From the NCBI GenBank assembly GCA_963664395.2, contig OY761159.2, forward strand, positions 1,184,001 to 1,248,000: a DNA stretch of 64,000 nt, given 5' to 3'. Origin of the DNA: Candidatus Binatia bacterium. GTDB taxonomy: Bacteria; Desulfobacterota; Binatia; Bin18. The notes beneath the pieces were generated by a model. That model was not told where the DNA came from. It was given only the letters and a program-made list of their open reading frames with translations, and ran no database searches. Below are positions 29,327-39,663 of this stretch, one piece after another. How positions within the stretch are numbered: position 1 is the stretch's first letter; the number at the start of each line of letters is the position of its first letter. Both the position numbers and the translations under genes were made by a program.

Positions 29327-30300
29327 TGCCCCAGCACTTGAGCAAAGATCAGCGGAGCCACAATTGAGGCGTCAGATTCAATGAGGTAACGCGGCGTATC
29401 TACTCCGAGCTTGCCCCAGGTGATCTTTTCATTGGGTACCGCGCCGGAATAGGAACCATAACTTGTCGTTGAATCACTAATCTGACAAAAATAGCCCCAC
29501 AGCGGGGTGTGGCTGCGTTTCATGTCCTGGATCAGCATGGGGACCGCACAGATGGCAAAGTCCCCGGCAATCCCCCCACCAATCTGAAAAAATCCGATGG
29601 AGTGATCGTCCGAGACCGCGCTATACCAGTCGGCGAGATACGTCATGTATTCAATCCCGTGCCGCACGGTGTGAACGTTTTTAATCAAGCCGATCATACA
29701 ATAGCTGGCATACACATTCCCGCAGGTTGAATCCTCCCAGCCTGGTGAAACAATGGGCAGATCCTTTTCCATTGCGGCATAGACCCAGGAGTCTCTGGGA
29801 TCGATCTGGTAATAGGGTTGCAGCATGCCGGTACGGAGGATTTCGTAGAATGTTTCATGCGGGAAAGCCCGTTGGCCGGAGTGGTCGGCCCGCATCCACA
29901 GTTCCTGGAGGGCACCTTCGACCCGGCGCATGGCCTCAAACTCGGGAATGCACGTATCGGTGACGCGGTTCATATGCCGGTCAAGCAGGACCGCCTCATC
30001 CTGGGGGGTCAGATCCCGGTAGTGCGGCACCCGCTCGTAGTGCTCATGCGCGACCAGGTTAAAGATGTCTTCTTCCAGATTCGCGCCCGTACAGGAGATG
30101 GCATGAATGCAGTCATTGCGGATCATTTCAGCCAGGGAGATGCCGAGTTCAGCCGTACTCATGGCACCTGCCATAGCCAGCAGCATCTTGCCACCTCGGT
30201 CGAGATGCTGCCGATAAGCGGTGGCCGCCTCGATAACGGTGGCCGCATTAAAATGCCGAAAGTGGTGTTGCAAAAAGTCAGTGACAGGCTGACGACTCAT
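29323..30300 (-). CDS. Deoxyhypusine synthase family protein (bacterial short type)
   Basis: AGAMSTAELG, CTGANLEED, FQIGGG, GSYSGAVPNEKITWGK, ESDASIVAPL. Confidence 0.92.
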   Translation of the reverse strand: MSRQPVTDFLQHHFRHFNAATVIEAATAYRQHLDRGGKMLLAMAGAMSTAELGISLAEMIRNDCIHAISCTGANLEEDIFNLVAHEHYERVPHYRDLTPQDEAVLLDRHMNRVTDTCIPEFEAMRRVEGALQELWMRADHSGQRAFPHETFYEILRTGMLQPYYQIDPRDSWVYAAMEKDLPIVSPGWEDSTCGNVYASYCMIGLIKNVHTVRHGIEYMTYLADWYSAVSDDHSIGFFQIGGGIAGDFAICAVPMLIQDMKRSHTPLWGYFCQISDSTTSYGSYSGAVPNEKITWGKLGVDTPRYLIESDASIVAPLIFAQVLGQ

Positions 30301-31277
30301 CCCTTCCTCCTTCTGCCCTCTCTGCCCTGTATGAGGGCACGCAACGCTTCGCCGGTCATTGCTCCACGGAGCACCCGGCCTCTTGGGTCGGGCGCACACG
30401 CCTGGGTGAGCAACTGTTGGAAATCAACGTGCTGCTCGGCCCAGTCTCGTACCGCGGCGAGTCGCTCCAATAACGCCAGGCGCACGGCGTACGCGTCGAT
30501 CTCATACCTCTGCCCGTGCTCCGTATGCCTGAACTGCCGGGGTGCCGCATACGGTCTGGCCTCGGCCAGAAACATCGCAACCTCAGACGGGACCTGAGCC
30601 TGTAGTGCCGCACTCGATGTCTTCCGTATTGCAGTTGAGGAGAGAGCGGCAACGGACTCAGGCAGGGGCAAGAAATGAATCACATCCCGGTAGGGTTGAT
30701 TGGCGGGGCGGTGCAGCAGATCGTCAAATGCGCGCTGTGCCATGTCGCCGCGGTTGGCTACGACCAGGGAGGTGAGCGCAAAAAGCTGATCCAAAGCAGC
30801 CTCTCTATCCCGATAATAGCGAGCGTCCAGAATCTGCACCAGCTTGTCCATGCCCACAATAAAAAACAGTCCGACCTGCTTGTCAAAGAGGGACTGAAAT
30901 GCCTGTGCTTGCTCAAAATACAGCCCCCGGTTGACCAAGGCCACGCCCAGGTGTTGATGCTGTTGTACGTGCAGGAGCAGCAATAACAGGCGATCCTCCA
31001 GACCCATCCCCGTCACGTGTTCCTTATCCACTGTGACCTTTGCAACCGTGTACAGCAATTGGTCCAGTCGAAATGCCAGGCAGGCGTGCTGAGCGAGCTC
31101 AGCGTGCGCCAGGGTCAGGGGGTTGAATGAGCCACACAACACCCCCAACCGTTGCGGAGGAGGGTTCAGCGGCTCAGACAGCAGACACGCCGTAGGAGGC
31201 GCAACAATATCGAGAGACTGGAGACTATCCCGCAGTGCAAACAATCGTGACAGGTCGTAAAATTCGGGCTGCATCAC
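30297..31277 (-). CDS. NadD/NMNAT-like nucleotidyltransferase with C-terminal extension
   Basis: GSFNPLTLAH, DRL, FIVGMDK, SSTAIR. Confidence 0.8.
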   Translation of the reverse strand: MMQPEFYDLSRLFALRDSLQSLDIVAPPTACLLSEPLNPPPQRLGVLCGSFNPLTLAHAELAQHACLAFRLDQLLYTVAKVTVDKEHVTGMGLEDRLLLLLLHVQQHQHLGVALVNRGLYFEQAQAFQSLFDKQVGLFFIVGMDKLVQILDARYYRDREAALDQLFALTSLVVANRGDMAQRAFDDLLHRPANQPYRDVIHFLPLPESVAALSSTAIRKTSSAALQAQVPSEVAMFLAEARPYAAPRQFRHTEHGQRYEIDAYAVRLALLERLAAVRDWAEQHVDFQQLLTQACAPDPRGRVLRGAMTGEALRALIQGREGRRRKG

Positions 31278-31469
31278 CTACCGTCACCCACTATCACCTA
31301 CTTGGCAGCATACACGACTTCTGCAAAACGCACAGGCGAGGCGTGAGGAATCGAGACGGGCTCCATCAGCCTTCTCGGCCCTTTGGGTATTCCAGGCCTT
31401 TTGGACATTCCGGGCATTCCGGGCATTCCTGGATTGACCGTCAATTTCAGTGCGTGCTACCCTTTCCTG

Positions 31470-33266
31470 ATGCATGTCTCTTCTTCCGCAGCTCGGGCTT
31501 TCCTACTGTGCTGTACCATCTCTTTTGCCTCGTGTAGCGCTGCCCGCCCCATCCCATCCCCTGCCCCACCGCGTGTCGCCCCACCGGTCGCCCCGGTCCA
31601 GGCAGTGCAATTTCCGGGCTCGCCTATCGTCCTCGCCCCTGAAGACAAAGCGCGCGGGCATTTCCTCAAAGGCCAGGTCGCTCTGAATTCCGGCGACTAT
31701 GACACCGCATTCAGCGAGCTTGAAAAAGCCGTTGCCAATGATCCTCACACTCCATTTCTCCGCCTGCGTCTTGCCACCTTAGCCGTGCGTCAAGGCAAGC
31801 TCACCGACGCCCTGGAGCATTGTCAAAAGGTCGTTGCCAGCGAGCCGGACAATATTGACGCACAGCTCCTCCTCGCCGGCCTGTTAGCCTCAACCGGCAA
31901 AGAAAACGAAGCAGTTCAGGTCTATGAAAAACTCCTGACCTACGGCTTAGATGATCAGGAACCCTACCTCTACCTGGGCACTCTGTATGCCAAGCAAGGG
32001 CAGTTTCAAGAAGCGACAAACGTTCTCAGCAAGCTGGTTATCCGTCACCCGGACTCGATCCTTGGCTATTATTATCTCGGCCAAACGCACGCGGCGACCG
32101 AACAGTTGGATCAGGCGGAAACATATTACCACAAGGCGCTCGGCCTCAATCCACAGTCTGAATTGGTTCTCCTTGATCTCGCTCTTGTGTATGAAATGCA
32201 AAAGAAAAATGCACAAGCCATAGAAGTGTATCAGAAAGCCCTGGCTATCAATCCTCGCAGTGAACAGGTGCGTAAACGGCTCGGACGTTTCTATCTTGGT
32301 CAGAAGAAGCTTGACGATGCGTTGGATCAGTTTCGGGCGCTTGAAAAGATAGAAACAGACCCCCAGGAAACCCGTCTCAAAATCAGCCTGATCTATCGAG
32401 AAAAAGGCGATTACGAAAAGGCCGTTACCGCCCTCACCCTCGTCTTAGCCTCCCAGCCTGAGAATCATCGCGCCCGCTACTTTCTCGGCGTCGTGTATAC
32501 GGAATCCGAAGACGACGAAAAGGCAGCAGCCGAACTGTTACATATTCCTCGGCAGTCCGAGTATTTTGCAGACGCGCGCGTCTACCTGAGTTATATCTAC
32601 CAACGCCAGGAAAATATCGCTCAAGCCATCACAGCAGTAGAACAGGCCCTCAGCGTCAAAGAGGACGACGTGGATCTCATTGGTTTTCTCGCCTCACTCC
32701 ATCGCGAGAACAACAACCGCCCCAAAGCAGTCGAGCTCCTTGAGCACCTTATCGATATCGCCCCGGACAACGATCAGTACCACTTCACGCTGGGAGCAGT
32801 ATACGACGAACTCAAAGAAAAGGAGCGCTGCATCCAGCACATGCAGAAAGCCATTGTACTCAATCCCGAGAATGCGGCAGCGCTGAACTACCTGGGATAT
32901 ACGTGGGCAGAGCAAGGCGTTCACTTGGATGAGGCTGAGCAACTGATTCACCGAGCGCTGGCAATCGAACCCAACGACGGCTTTTATATTGATAGTCTGG
33001 GCTGGGTGTATTATCAGCGCGGGGAGTATATGGAAGCCATTCAGCACCTTGAACAGGCGGTTGAACTGGTCGATACTGATCCCACCTTGATTGAACACCT
33101 GGGAGATGCGTACTCCAAAATCGGGCGCAACTCAGATGCCTCCCGCGTCTACCAGGAAGCGATGAACAATACATCCGAAGAGGCACAACTCGATCGCTTG
33201 CGGATAAAGCTGAACGCGCTGGCCCCGGTGGGGATACACAAGACGAGCGGAAGTGGGCTCCAGTAG
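31470..33266 (+). CDS. Tetratricopeptide repeat lipoprotein
   Basis: Lipobox FAS/C, many TPR repeats, C-terminal ALNYLGY.WAE..DSLGWVYY..EHLGDAY. Confidence 0.9.
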   Translation: MHVSSSAARAFLLCCTISFASCSAARPIPSPAPPRVAPPVAPVQAVQFPGSPIVLAPEDKARGHFLKGQVALNSGDYDTAFSELEKAVANDPHTPFLRLRLATLAVRQGKLTDALEHCQKVVASEPDNIDAQLLLAGLLASTGKENEAVQVYEKLLTYGLDDQEPYLYLGTLYAKQGQFQEATNVLSKLVIRHPDSILGYYYLGQTHAATEQLDQAETYYHKALGLNPQSELVLLDLALVYEMQKKNAQAIEVYQKALAINPRSEQVRKRLGRFYLGQKKLDDALDQFRALEKIETDPQETRLKISLIYREKGDYEKAVTALTLVLASQPENHRARYFLGVVYTESEDDEKAAAELLHIPRQSEYFADARVYLSYIYQRQENIAQAITAVEQALSVKEDDVDLIGFLASLHRENNNRPKAVELLEHLIDIAPDNDQYHFTLGAVYDELKEKERCIQHMQKAIVLNPENAAALNYLGYTWAEQGVHLDEAEQLIHRALAIEPNDGFYIDSLGWVYYQRGEYMEAIQHLEQAVELVDTDPTLIEHLGDAYSKIGRNSDASRVYQEAMNNTSEEAQLDRLRIKLNALAPVGIHKTSGSGLQ

Positions 33267-34170
33267 CATCATCACTTCGGGCATGTCTCCCAGGCGCACG
33301 GCTCTCCCTTTTCTCCCATTCCCACGCGCAGGACGACGGAGGCGACACACGTCCTTCCCGTTCCTCTGGACCGTGGTTCTTGTCTGTCTCGTAGTCTGGG
33401 GCAGTGGCTGTGCTGCGCGCCGACCTTCCCGCCCCTCTCCTCCGGCCCCGCTCCCTTCCGCCCAAGAACTACTGGCACCGCTGGCGGCCAGACAGAAGGC
33501 CATCACCAGCCTCCGGGGGCTGGCGTCCGTCTCGTATCGAGATACGCACAACCGGGGTTCCGCCACGCAGGCTATCGCCCTTGCCACTCCCGACCGTTTT
33601 CGCCTTGAGCTGTTCTCGCTCTTCGGTGTGGCAGCAGTCCAGACCTGTGATGGGCAGCGTCTGGCGGCCTATTTCCCGCGCGATCAGGTGCTCTATCGCG
33701 GAGCGGCCAGCCCGATGAACATTGCCCGTTTTACTCAGGTGATGCTCTCCGCCCGCGAGGTCATACGCCTGCTGTCGGGCTTTCCCCCTTTTCCCATTGA
33801 GACAGACAGGACCGAACTGCGGGTGCGCCGCGAGTCGAACGGAGCATACTGGATCGATTTTCCACGCGCAGACGGGAGTTCCACCCTGCTGTGGTTCGAC
33901 CCGGACACGCACGACCTCTCGGGTTGGGCGGTGCGGGACCAGACCGGTGTTCTGTCCAGCCAGGGCACGCTCGCCGACTACCGCCAAGTGCAGGACATCT
34001 TTTTTCCGTTTGCACTGACCTTGTCTGATGGACAAGGAGCGCAGTATCTCGCACTGACGTATAAAGAGGTATCCGTCAGTGCCGATTTGCAGGCTTCCCT
34101 CTTTCGCCTGGGCGGCCTCGCAGGCGTACAGGAAATTGATATGGATGCCTATCTTCCGCACTCACCCTAG
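33253..34170 (+). CDS. LolB-like/DUF4292 lipoprotein
   Basis: Lipobox GSG/C, PDRFRLEL.S.FG; conserved position after the TPR gene; start uncertain (ATG 33283 possible). Confidence 0.7.
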   Translation: MGSSSIITSGMSPRRTALPFLPFPRAGRRRRHTSFPFLWTVVLVCLVVWGSGCAARRPSRPSPPAPLPSAQELLAPLAARQKAITSLRGLASVSYRDTHNRGSATQAIALATPDRFRLELFSLFGVAAVQTCDGQRLAAYFPRDQVLYRGAASPMNIARFTQVMLSAREVIRLLSGFPPFPIETDRTELRVRRESNGAYWIDFPRADGSSTLLWFDPDTHDLSGWAVRDQTGVLSSQGTLADYRQVQDIFFPFALTLSDGQGAQYLALTYKEVSVSADLQASLFRLGGLAGVQEIDMDAYLPHSP

Positions 34171-34181
34171 AACGAGCCGGA

Positions 34182-34634
34182 CTATTCCACCGGGCCGTCT
34201 CTTTTGAATACCACCGCAAATCCGCGCCGGGCCAATGAGAATTTACGATCCGCGGATTGGGCATAGCGCCCGAACTGGCCTTGTTTTTGTTGTTGCACCC
34301 AGTCTGGAAAGGAGTCTTCAATGTTCATATGGGCGACTTCTTGGGGTGGTAGTAGAACGACGGCATCAGCTCCTACCTCGCAGGCTTTGTCTCGGATAAG
34401 CGCGTTCATGCTTTCCAGCCCGTCAATTTCGTTCCCATAGGAAACAATATGGACAAAGACGTCATGCGGCCGGGCCGGGGGGGAGGTCAGCATGTCCACC
34501 GGGCAATCGACCGGACGCGATTCCGGATAGATGGGGGCAATGCGCTCCTCAATGGCAACAGGTTTTGCCGGGCGCACAAAACATCCCACGAAAAAAATCA
34601 GCACAACACAGAACCACCAAGAGTGTGTACGCAC
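34182..34634 (-). CDS. Hypothetical lipoprotein
   Basis: Lipobox VG/C; KACEVGADAVV motif typical of YbjQ/RcsF-like small domains. Confidence 0.65.
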   Translation of the reverse strand: MRTHSWWFCVVLIFFVGCFVRPAKPVAIEERIAPIYPESRPVDCPVDMLTSPPARPHDVFVHIVSYGNEIDGLESMNALIRDKACEVGADAVVLLPPQEVAHMNIEDSFPDWVQQQKQGQFGRYAQSADRKFSLARRGFAVVFKRDGPVE

Positions 34635-34787
34635 GTTTCTCCCCTTTTGTCTTGTCGCCCGCGACCGGGATGTCAATGAGTAAACGTGCCAACATCTGCA
34701 TGTCTATTGAGGGCGCGTTTACTCATTTTTGCCAGGTAGCATAGAATGCTCCCGGTGCGGGCGCAAGTCTTGCACTGGCCCTCCGCC

Positions 34788-35954
34788 CTAGTCTCTGAGC
34801 AGTTTCCGGGCAATCACCCAGCGATGCACCTCGGTTGGTCCTTCGAAAATCCGCATGGGCCGCAGACGGCGATAGATAAACTCAAGCGGCATCTCCTTGG
34901 ACATGCCCATACCGCCGTGCATCTGCATGGCTCGGTCAGCAACGCGGGTCGCCATTTCCGTGGCAAACACCTTGAGCATGGAGGCCTCCTGACGCACATC
35001 GTCTCCCTGGTCAAACTTCCAGGCTCCGTGATGCACCATCAGCCGTGAGGCGTGAATATCGATCGCCGAGTCAGCAATGAACCACTGAATGGCCTGGCGG
35101 TCGGCCAGCTTCTGGCCAAAGGTCACCCGTTGTTTGGCATACTCGACCATCATGTCCAGACAGCGCTGCGCCAAGCCGACACACCAGCTCCCGATCTCTA
35201 CGCGTCGGACGGTCAAACGTAATTGCATAGGCGCAAAGCCATGTCCTATTTCACCCAGGACATGAGAATCCGGGATCGTCATGTCCTCGAACACCAACTC
35301 CCAGGGGGCATGTCCGCCAATAACCGGAATCTGGCGTTGCAGCACAAGACCTGGGGTGCCTTTATCCACCAAAAACGCGGTAATCCCGCCGCGGGCGCCT
35401 TTGCCCTTTTCCGTCACCGCCATGACAATAATAAAGTCGGCGACATGCGCGCGTGAAATCCAGATCTTCCGCCCGTTGATCACCCACTGGTCCCCTTTTT
35501 TCACCGCTGAGGTCTGCATGCCGGCCGGGTCTGAGCCCGCGCCAGGTTCGGAAATGGCAATGGCCGACTGCGCCTTGCCCTCGGCATACGGCAGGAGGTA
35601 TTTCTCTCGCTGCTCGGGTGTACAGGTCTGCATCAACATGTGCAGATTGGGCGCATCGGGCGGAAAGGTAAACGGCGTAATAGTCTTATACAGTTCCTCG
35701 GTCGCCAGACATTTCGGCAGCGCGCCCAAATTCAACCCGCCAAATTCCTCAGGCACGTCCAGCCCCCACAGACCGGCTTCTCGGGCGACTGACAGCAAAC
35801 GTTCTTCGGCCTCAGGTGGCACCAGCTCCTCACCGGTCATGCCTTGCGTATCGCGCTCCAGGACCAGGGATTCAAGCGGCATCAGCTCCTGACGCACGAA
35901 ACGGCGCACCGTGTCCTGCAACATGCGGTATTCTTCGGGCAGTTCAAAATCCAT
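34788..35954 (-). CDS. Acyl-CoA dehydrogenase
   Basis: MDFELPEE, ISEPGAGSD, NGRKIWIS, R.TFG..LA.RQAIQ, QMHGGMG, RIFEGPTEV. Confidence 0.95.
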   Translation of the reverse strand: MDFELPEEYRMLQDTVRRFVRQELMPLESLVLERDTQGMTGEELVPPEAEERLLSVAREAGLWGLDVPEEFGGLNLGALPKCLATEELYKTITPFTFPPDAPNLHMLMQTCTPEQREKYLLPYAEGKAQSAIAISEPGAGSDPAGMQTSAVKKGDQWVINGRKIWISRAHVADFIIVMAVTEKGKGARGGITAFLVDKGTPGLVLQRQIPVIGGHAPWELVFEDMTIPDSHVLGEIGHGFAPMQLRLTVRRVEIGSWCVGLAQRCLDMMVEYAKQRVTFGQKLADRQAIQWFIADSAIDIHASRLMVHHGAWKFDQGDDVRQEASMLKVFATEMATRVADRAMQMHGGMGMSKEMPLEFIYRRLRPMRIFEGPTEVHRWVIARKLLRD

Positions 35955-36195
35955 ACAGCGTCCTTTCCACAACAGACTGCCGGACAGCCTAGCAGGATCG
36001 GACGCGGAAATGCAGGGGTGACGGTGGGCGGAACTTGCGCTCCTATACGCGGGGCCTATATGTCGAATGAAAAGGCATGGAATGATGGGGGGATGTACTG
36101 CCCAAAGTTGTGGAAGAATACAGTGCTTACCGGAAGGTGTCGGAAAATCGAATGCAATCGCTGACCAGCTCGAATCGTACAAATAGGGGTATGAG

Positions 36196-37488
36196 ATGGC
36201 GAAGATTGAAGGCTTCAGAGTAAAGAATTTCAAATCGCTTAAGGACGTGACATTGGGTCGGTTGTGGAATCAGCGCCAGAACGATCCGCTCACGCCCATG
36301 ACTGCGGTGATTGGTAAAAACGGGGTGGGGAAAAGTGCCTTGTTCGATGCGTTCGGGTTTCTGGCGGACGCCCTCAAGTTCGGCGTCGAGGAAGCTTGCG
36401 ACGCGCGCGGACGCGGCGGATTCGAGAAATTGCGGACTCAGGGAGAGACAGACTTCATCGAGTTTGAGGTATACTACAGAGAACGCTCTAAGGCCCGTCC
36501 CATTACCTATGAGGTCGCCATTGCAGCGGACGGGTCTGGGCGTGCCTACGTACGGAGCGAACGTCTCAGACAGAGACGGAGAGGCCAGAGCAAAGGGCGG
36601 CCATTCTCCTTCTTGTTGCTCAACAATGGGGAGGGCGTGGCTTGGAAGGGAGAACAAGCAGGTGAGCAGTTTAACGAAGAAGCAGAACCGCTCGACCTTC
36701 TTAATTTCATAGAATCCGTCCGAAAATCAGAAAGATCAGAGGAGTCCAGAGAGACCGAGATTATCGAACTGGAAGACCGGCGCAAGCTGGGCATCACCAC
36801 GCTTGGTGCGTTGAAACAACACCCGAGAATTTCTGCTTTTCGCCAATTCATCGAAGGCTGGTATCTGAGTTACTTCACCCCGGATGCGGCGCGCAGCCTG
36901 CCGCTGGCCGGACCACAGAAACATCTTAACATTCATGGGGACAATCTGGGCAACGTCGTGCAATTCATGGAACGCGAACATCCGAAGCGTTTCCAGTCCA
37001 TTCTGGAGGAGATCGCCGATAGAATTCCGGGCATAGACAAGATTAAACCGGAAAAAACCAATGACGGTCGGCTGCTGCTCAAGTTCAACGATAAGGGCTT
37101 TCAGGACCCCTTTTACGCCCAGCAGATGTCGGACGGGACGCTAAAAGTGTTCGCGTATCTTTTGCTACTCAATGATCCGACTCCCCCTCCGTTTCTGTGT
37201 ATCGAAGAACCGGAAAACGGCCTGTATCACAAGCTCCTGGAGACCCTGGCCCATGAATTCCGTGAACACGCAAGCGGACAGGGGGGAGGCTCGCAGATTT
37301 TCATCACAACGCACCAACCCTACTTCGTCAATGCGCTCGACCCGAAAGAGGTCTGGATTCTGGAAAAGGGCACGGACGGCTTTTCAACGATCCGGCGAGC
37401 AAGTGAGGATACGCTCGTGAACAACATGGTCGCGGAAGGCTTGCCGTTGGGTGGCCTCTGGTACAGCGATTATCTTGACGCGAGGTAA
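36196..37488 (+). CDS. ABC/AAA_21-type ATPase (module 2)
   Basis: FRVKNFKSL, Walker A GKNGVGKS, MSDGT, LCIEEPENGL, TTHQP. Confidence 0.92.
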   Translation: MAKIEGFRVKNFKSLKDVTLGRLWNQRQNDPLTPMTAVIGKNGVGKSALFDAFGFLADALKFGVEEACDARGRGGFEKLRTQGETDFIEFEVYYRERSKARPITYEVAIAADGSGRAYVRSERLRQRRRGQSKGRPFSFLLLNNGEGVAWKGEQAGEQFNEEAEPLDLLNFIESVRKSERSEESRETEIIELEDRRKLGITTLGALKQHPRISAFRQFIEGWYLSYFTPDAARSLPLAGPQKHLNIHGDNLGNVVQFMEREHPKRFQSILEEIADRIPGIDKIKPEKTNDGRLLLKFNDKGFQDPFYAQQMSDGTLKVFAYLLLLNDPTPPPFLCIEEPENGLYHKLLETLAHEFREHASGQGGGSQIFITTHQPYFVNALDPKEVWILEKGTDGFSTIRRASEDTLVNNMVAEGLPLGGLWYSDYLDAR

Positions 37489-37492
37489 TCGG

Positions 37493-38155
37493 ATGCACTT
37501 TGAGATACTCGTTGAAGACCAGTCCGGTAAGACGATGCTTGAGATTCTGATTCCGAAGATTATTGGCGATCAGCATACATTCAGATTTCATGATTATAAA
37601 GGTAGCGGCCATATTCCTAAAAACCTCACAAGTAGTACCGATGCGCGCAAGCGCATTTTGCTTGACCAACTTCCCAGATTGCTCAGGGGGCATGGAAAGA
37701 CGTTTGCCGGCTATTCCCCCAACTATCCGGCAGCGGTGATTGTGGTGTGTGACTTGGATAACAAATGTCTGAAAGCATTTCGACAAGAATTATTTGCCGT
37801 CCTGAATGCCTGTAACCCCAAACCGGAGACTCGGTTCTGTATCGCTATAGAAGAAGGTGAGGCGTGGCTGTTAGGCGATCTTCCTGCGGTCAAAGCAGCG
37901 TACCCGAACGCCAAGGACAGTGTGCTAAGCCGTTACGAAAATGACTCAATCCGCGGCACGTGGGAACTGCTGGCCGACGCGGTGTCCAGCGGTGGCGTAA
38001 GTGGGCTGAAGAAGAAAGGGGGACAGGTCGTCGGTAGAGAAAAATCGGTGTGGGCAGAGAAAATCACTCCACATATGAATGTCGATCTCAACGCTTCTCC
38101 CAGCTTTCGCTATTTTCGAGAAAAGGTCCGAGACTTGGCGCAAGCGACGCCCTGA
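37493..38155 (+). CDS. DUF4276 family, TOPRIM-like protein (module 2)
   Basis: EILVEDQSG, VCDLD, IEEGEAWLLGD, GTWE, N.SPSF. Confidence 0.85.
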   Translation: MHFEILVEDQSGKTMLEILIPKIIGDQHTFRFHDYKGSGHIPKNLTSSTDARKRILLDQLPRLLRGHGKTFAGYSPNYPAAVIVVCDLDNKCLKAFRQELFAVLNACNPKPETRFCIAIEEGEAWLLGDLPAVKAAYPNAKDSVLSRYENDSIRGTWELLADAVSSGGVSGLKKKGGQVVGREKSVWAEKITPHMNVDLNASPSFRYFREKVRDLAQATP

Positions 38156-38207
38156 GACGGTCACAGAGTCAGAGCCCGAATTACCTCTATTTAAGGTTAA
38201 AATACGC

Positions 38208-39524
38208 TCAACCCAGGCCGTGCTCGGCCTGCCAGGCCACCAGGTCTGAGAGTGCCCGGTCTGCGAGAGCGCGCTTTTTCTCACGGCCGCGTATACGCCG
38301 CGCGGACTTGCAGAGTCCGGGGAACAGCCCGTAGTTCACGTTCATGGGCTGGAAATCTTTGCGCTCGGGGTCGGTGACGTACGCAATCATGGCGCCCAGC
38401 GCCGTTGTGAGCGGCAGTGTCAACAGCGGCTGTGCCTTGACCTGAAGACCCGCGTTTCTTCCGGCCAGCCAGCCGGCCGCGGCCGACTCCAGATAGCCTT
38501 CGACACCAATCATTTGTCCGGCGAAGAACAGGTCGTCCCGCTGCCGAAACTGCAAGGTCGGCCTGAGCAGGCGGGGTGACTCGATGAAGGTGTTGCGGTG
38601 CAGGCTGCCGAGGCGGACGAACTCCGCGTTGGCCAGGCCGGGAATCATTCGGAAAATACGCCGCTGTTCGGGATACGTCATCTTGGTCTGAAATCCGACC
38701 AGCCCCCACAGCGTGCCGGCCCGGTCGTCCTGCCGCAGTTGCACGACCGCGTAGGGGCGCGTGCCGGTGCGCGGGTCGGTCAGGCCGACCGGCTTCATCG
38801 GTCCATAGGCTAACGTGTCTTTGCCGCGCCGGGCCATCTCTTCGATCGGCAGACAACCCTCGAAGTAGCGGCATTGCTCGAACGCCTTTTCCGGCACCTT
38901 TTCGGCGGCCAGAATGTCGCCAACGAGTCGGTAATACTCCGCTTGCGAGAGGGGACAGTTGAGATAATCATCGCCGCCGTAGTCATAACGCGAGGCCCGA
39001 AACGCCACCCGCGTGTCTATTGACTCGGTGGTCACGACCGGAGAAATGGCATCGTAGAAATATAGATACTCGCGGCCAAACAGTGCCCGGAGTTGTTCGG
39101 ACAGGGCCGGTGAGGTCAACGGACCACTGGCAATGACGGTTGGCCCGGACGGAATAGCTCGGACTTCCTCCCGTCTCACCTCAACCAGCGGATGGGCTGC
39201 CAAGGCATCCGTAATATACTGGGCAAAGACATGGCGATCGACCGCCAGGGCCTGTCCGGCCGGAACCCGCGCCGCGTCGGCCGCAACCATCACCAATGAC
39301 CCGAGGCGGCGCATTTCCTCTTTCAATAATCCAACCGCGGCTTCAAGCGCAGCACTCCGAAAGGAATTGGAACAGACCAGCTCGGCCAGTTTGTCCGTCT
39401 GGTGGGCGTCGGTGGGACGGACCGGACGCATTTCATACACGCAAACAGCCACGCCCTGCCGGGCGAGCTGCCAAGCCGCCTCACTGCCGGCTAAGCCGCC
39501 TCCAATAACGCTGACGGTCTGCAT
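38208..39524 (-). CDS. trmFO: tRNA (uracil-54-C5) methyltransferase TrmFO
   Basis: [50 protein letters not shown]. Confidence 0.97.
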   Translation of the reverse strand: MQTVSVIGGGLAGSEAAWQLARQGVAVCVYEMRPVRPTDAHQTDKLAELVCSNSFRSAALEAAVGLLKEEMRRLGSLVMVAADAARVPAGQALAVDRHVFAQYITDALAAHPLVEVRREEVRAIPSGPTVIASGPLTSPALSEQLRALFGREYLYFYDAISPVVTTESIDTRVAFRASRYDYGGDDYLNCPLSQAEYYRLVGDILAAEKVPEKAFEQCRYFEGCLPIEEMARRGKDTLAYGPMKPVGLTDPRTGTRPYAVVQLRQDDRAGTLWGLVGFQTKMTYPEQRRIFRMIPGLANAEFVRLGSLHRNTFIESPRLLRPTLQFRQRDDLFFAGQMIGVEGYLESAAAGWLAGRNAGLQVKAQPLLTLPLTTALGAMIAYVTDPERKDFQPMNVNYGLFPGLCKSARRIRGREKKRALADRALSDLVAWQAEHGLG

Positions 39525-39568
39525 GGCTGTTCTCTACCCTTCCCTTCCTGTCTTTGGAAGTAGGCCAT

Positions 39569-39594
39569 AAAAAAGGCGGCCTCGTGAGGTCGCC
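39569..39594 (-). terminator. Rho-independent terminator after topA
   Basis: Minus strand GGCGACCTC-AC-GAGGCCGCC-TTTTTT. Confidence 0.7.
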
Positions 39595-39663
39595 CTTCTG
39601 TTTTCCTTGTTCAAGCGCAGTTCAAGCATATACGTTTTACTGCTCCATCAGCTTACCACTCTA

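Noticed and set aside
31386-31433. Short CATTCCGGG tandem repeats giving a GIPGIPG extension of the TPR ORF
   Set aside because: A low-copy microrepeat in the divergent intergenic region; the lipoprotein signal points to ATG 31470 as start and no function is supportable.
34676-34695. Possible sigma54 promoter (TTGGCACG on the minus strand)
   Set aside because: The -12 TTGC element is missing at the required spacing.
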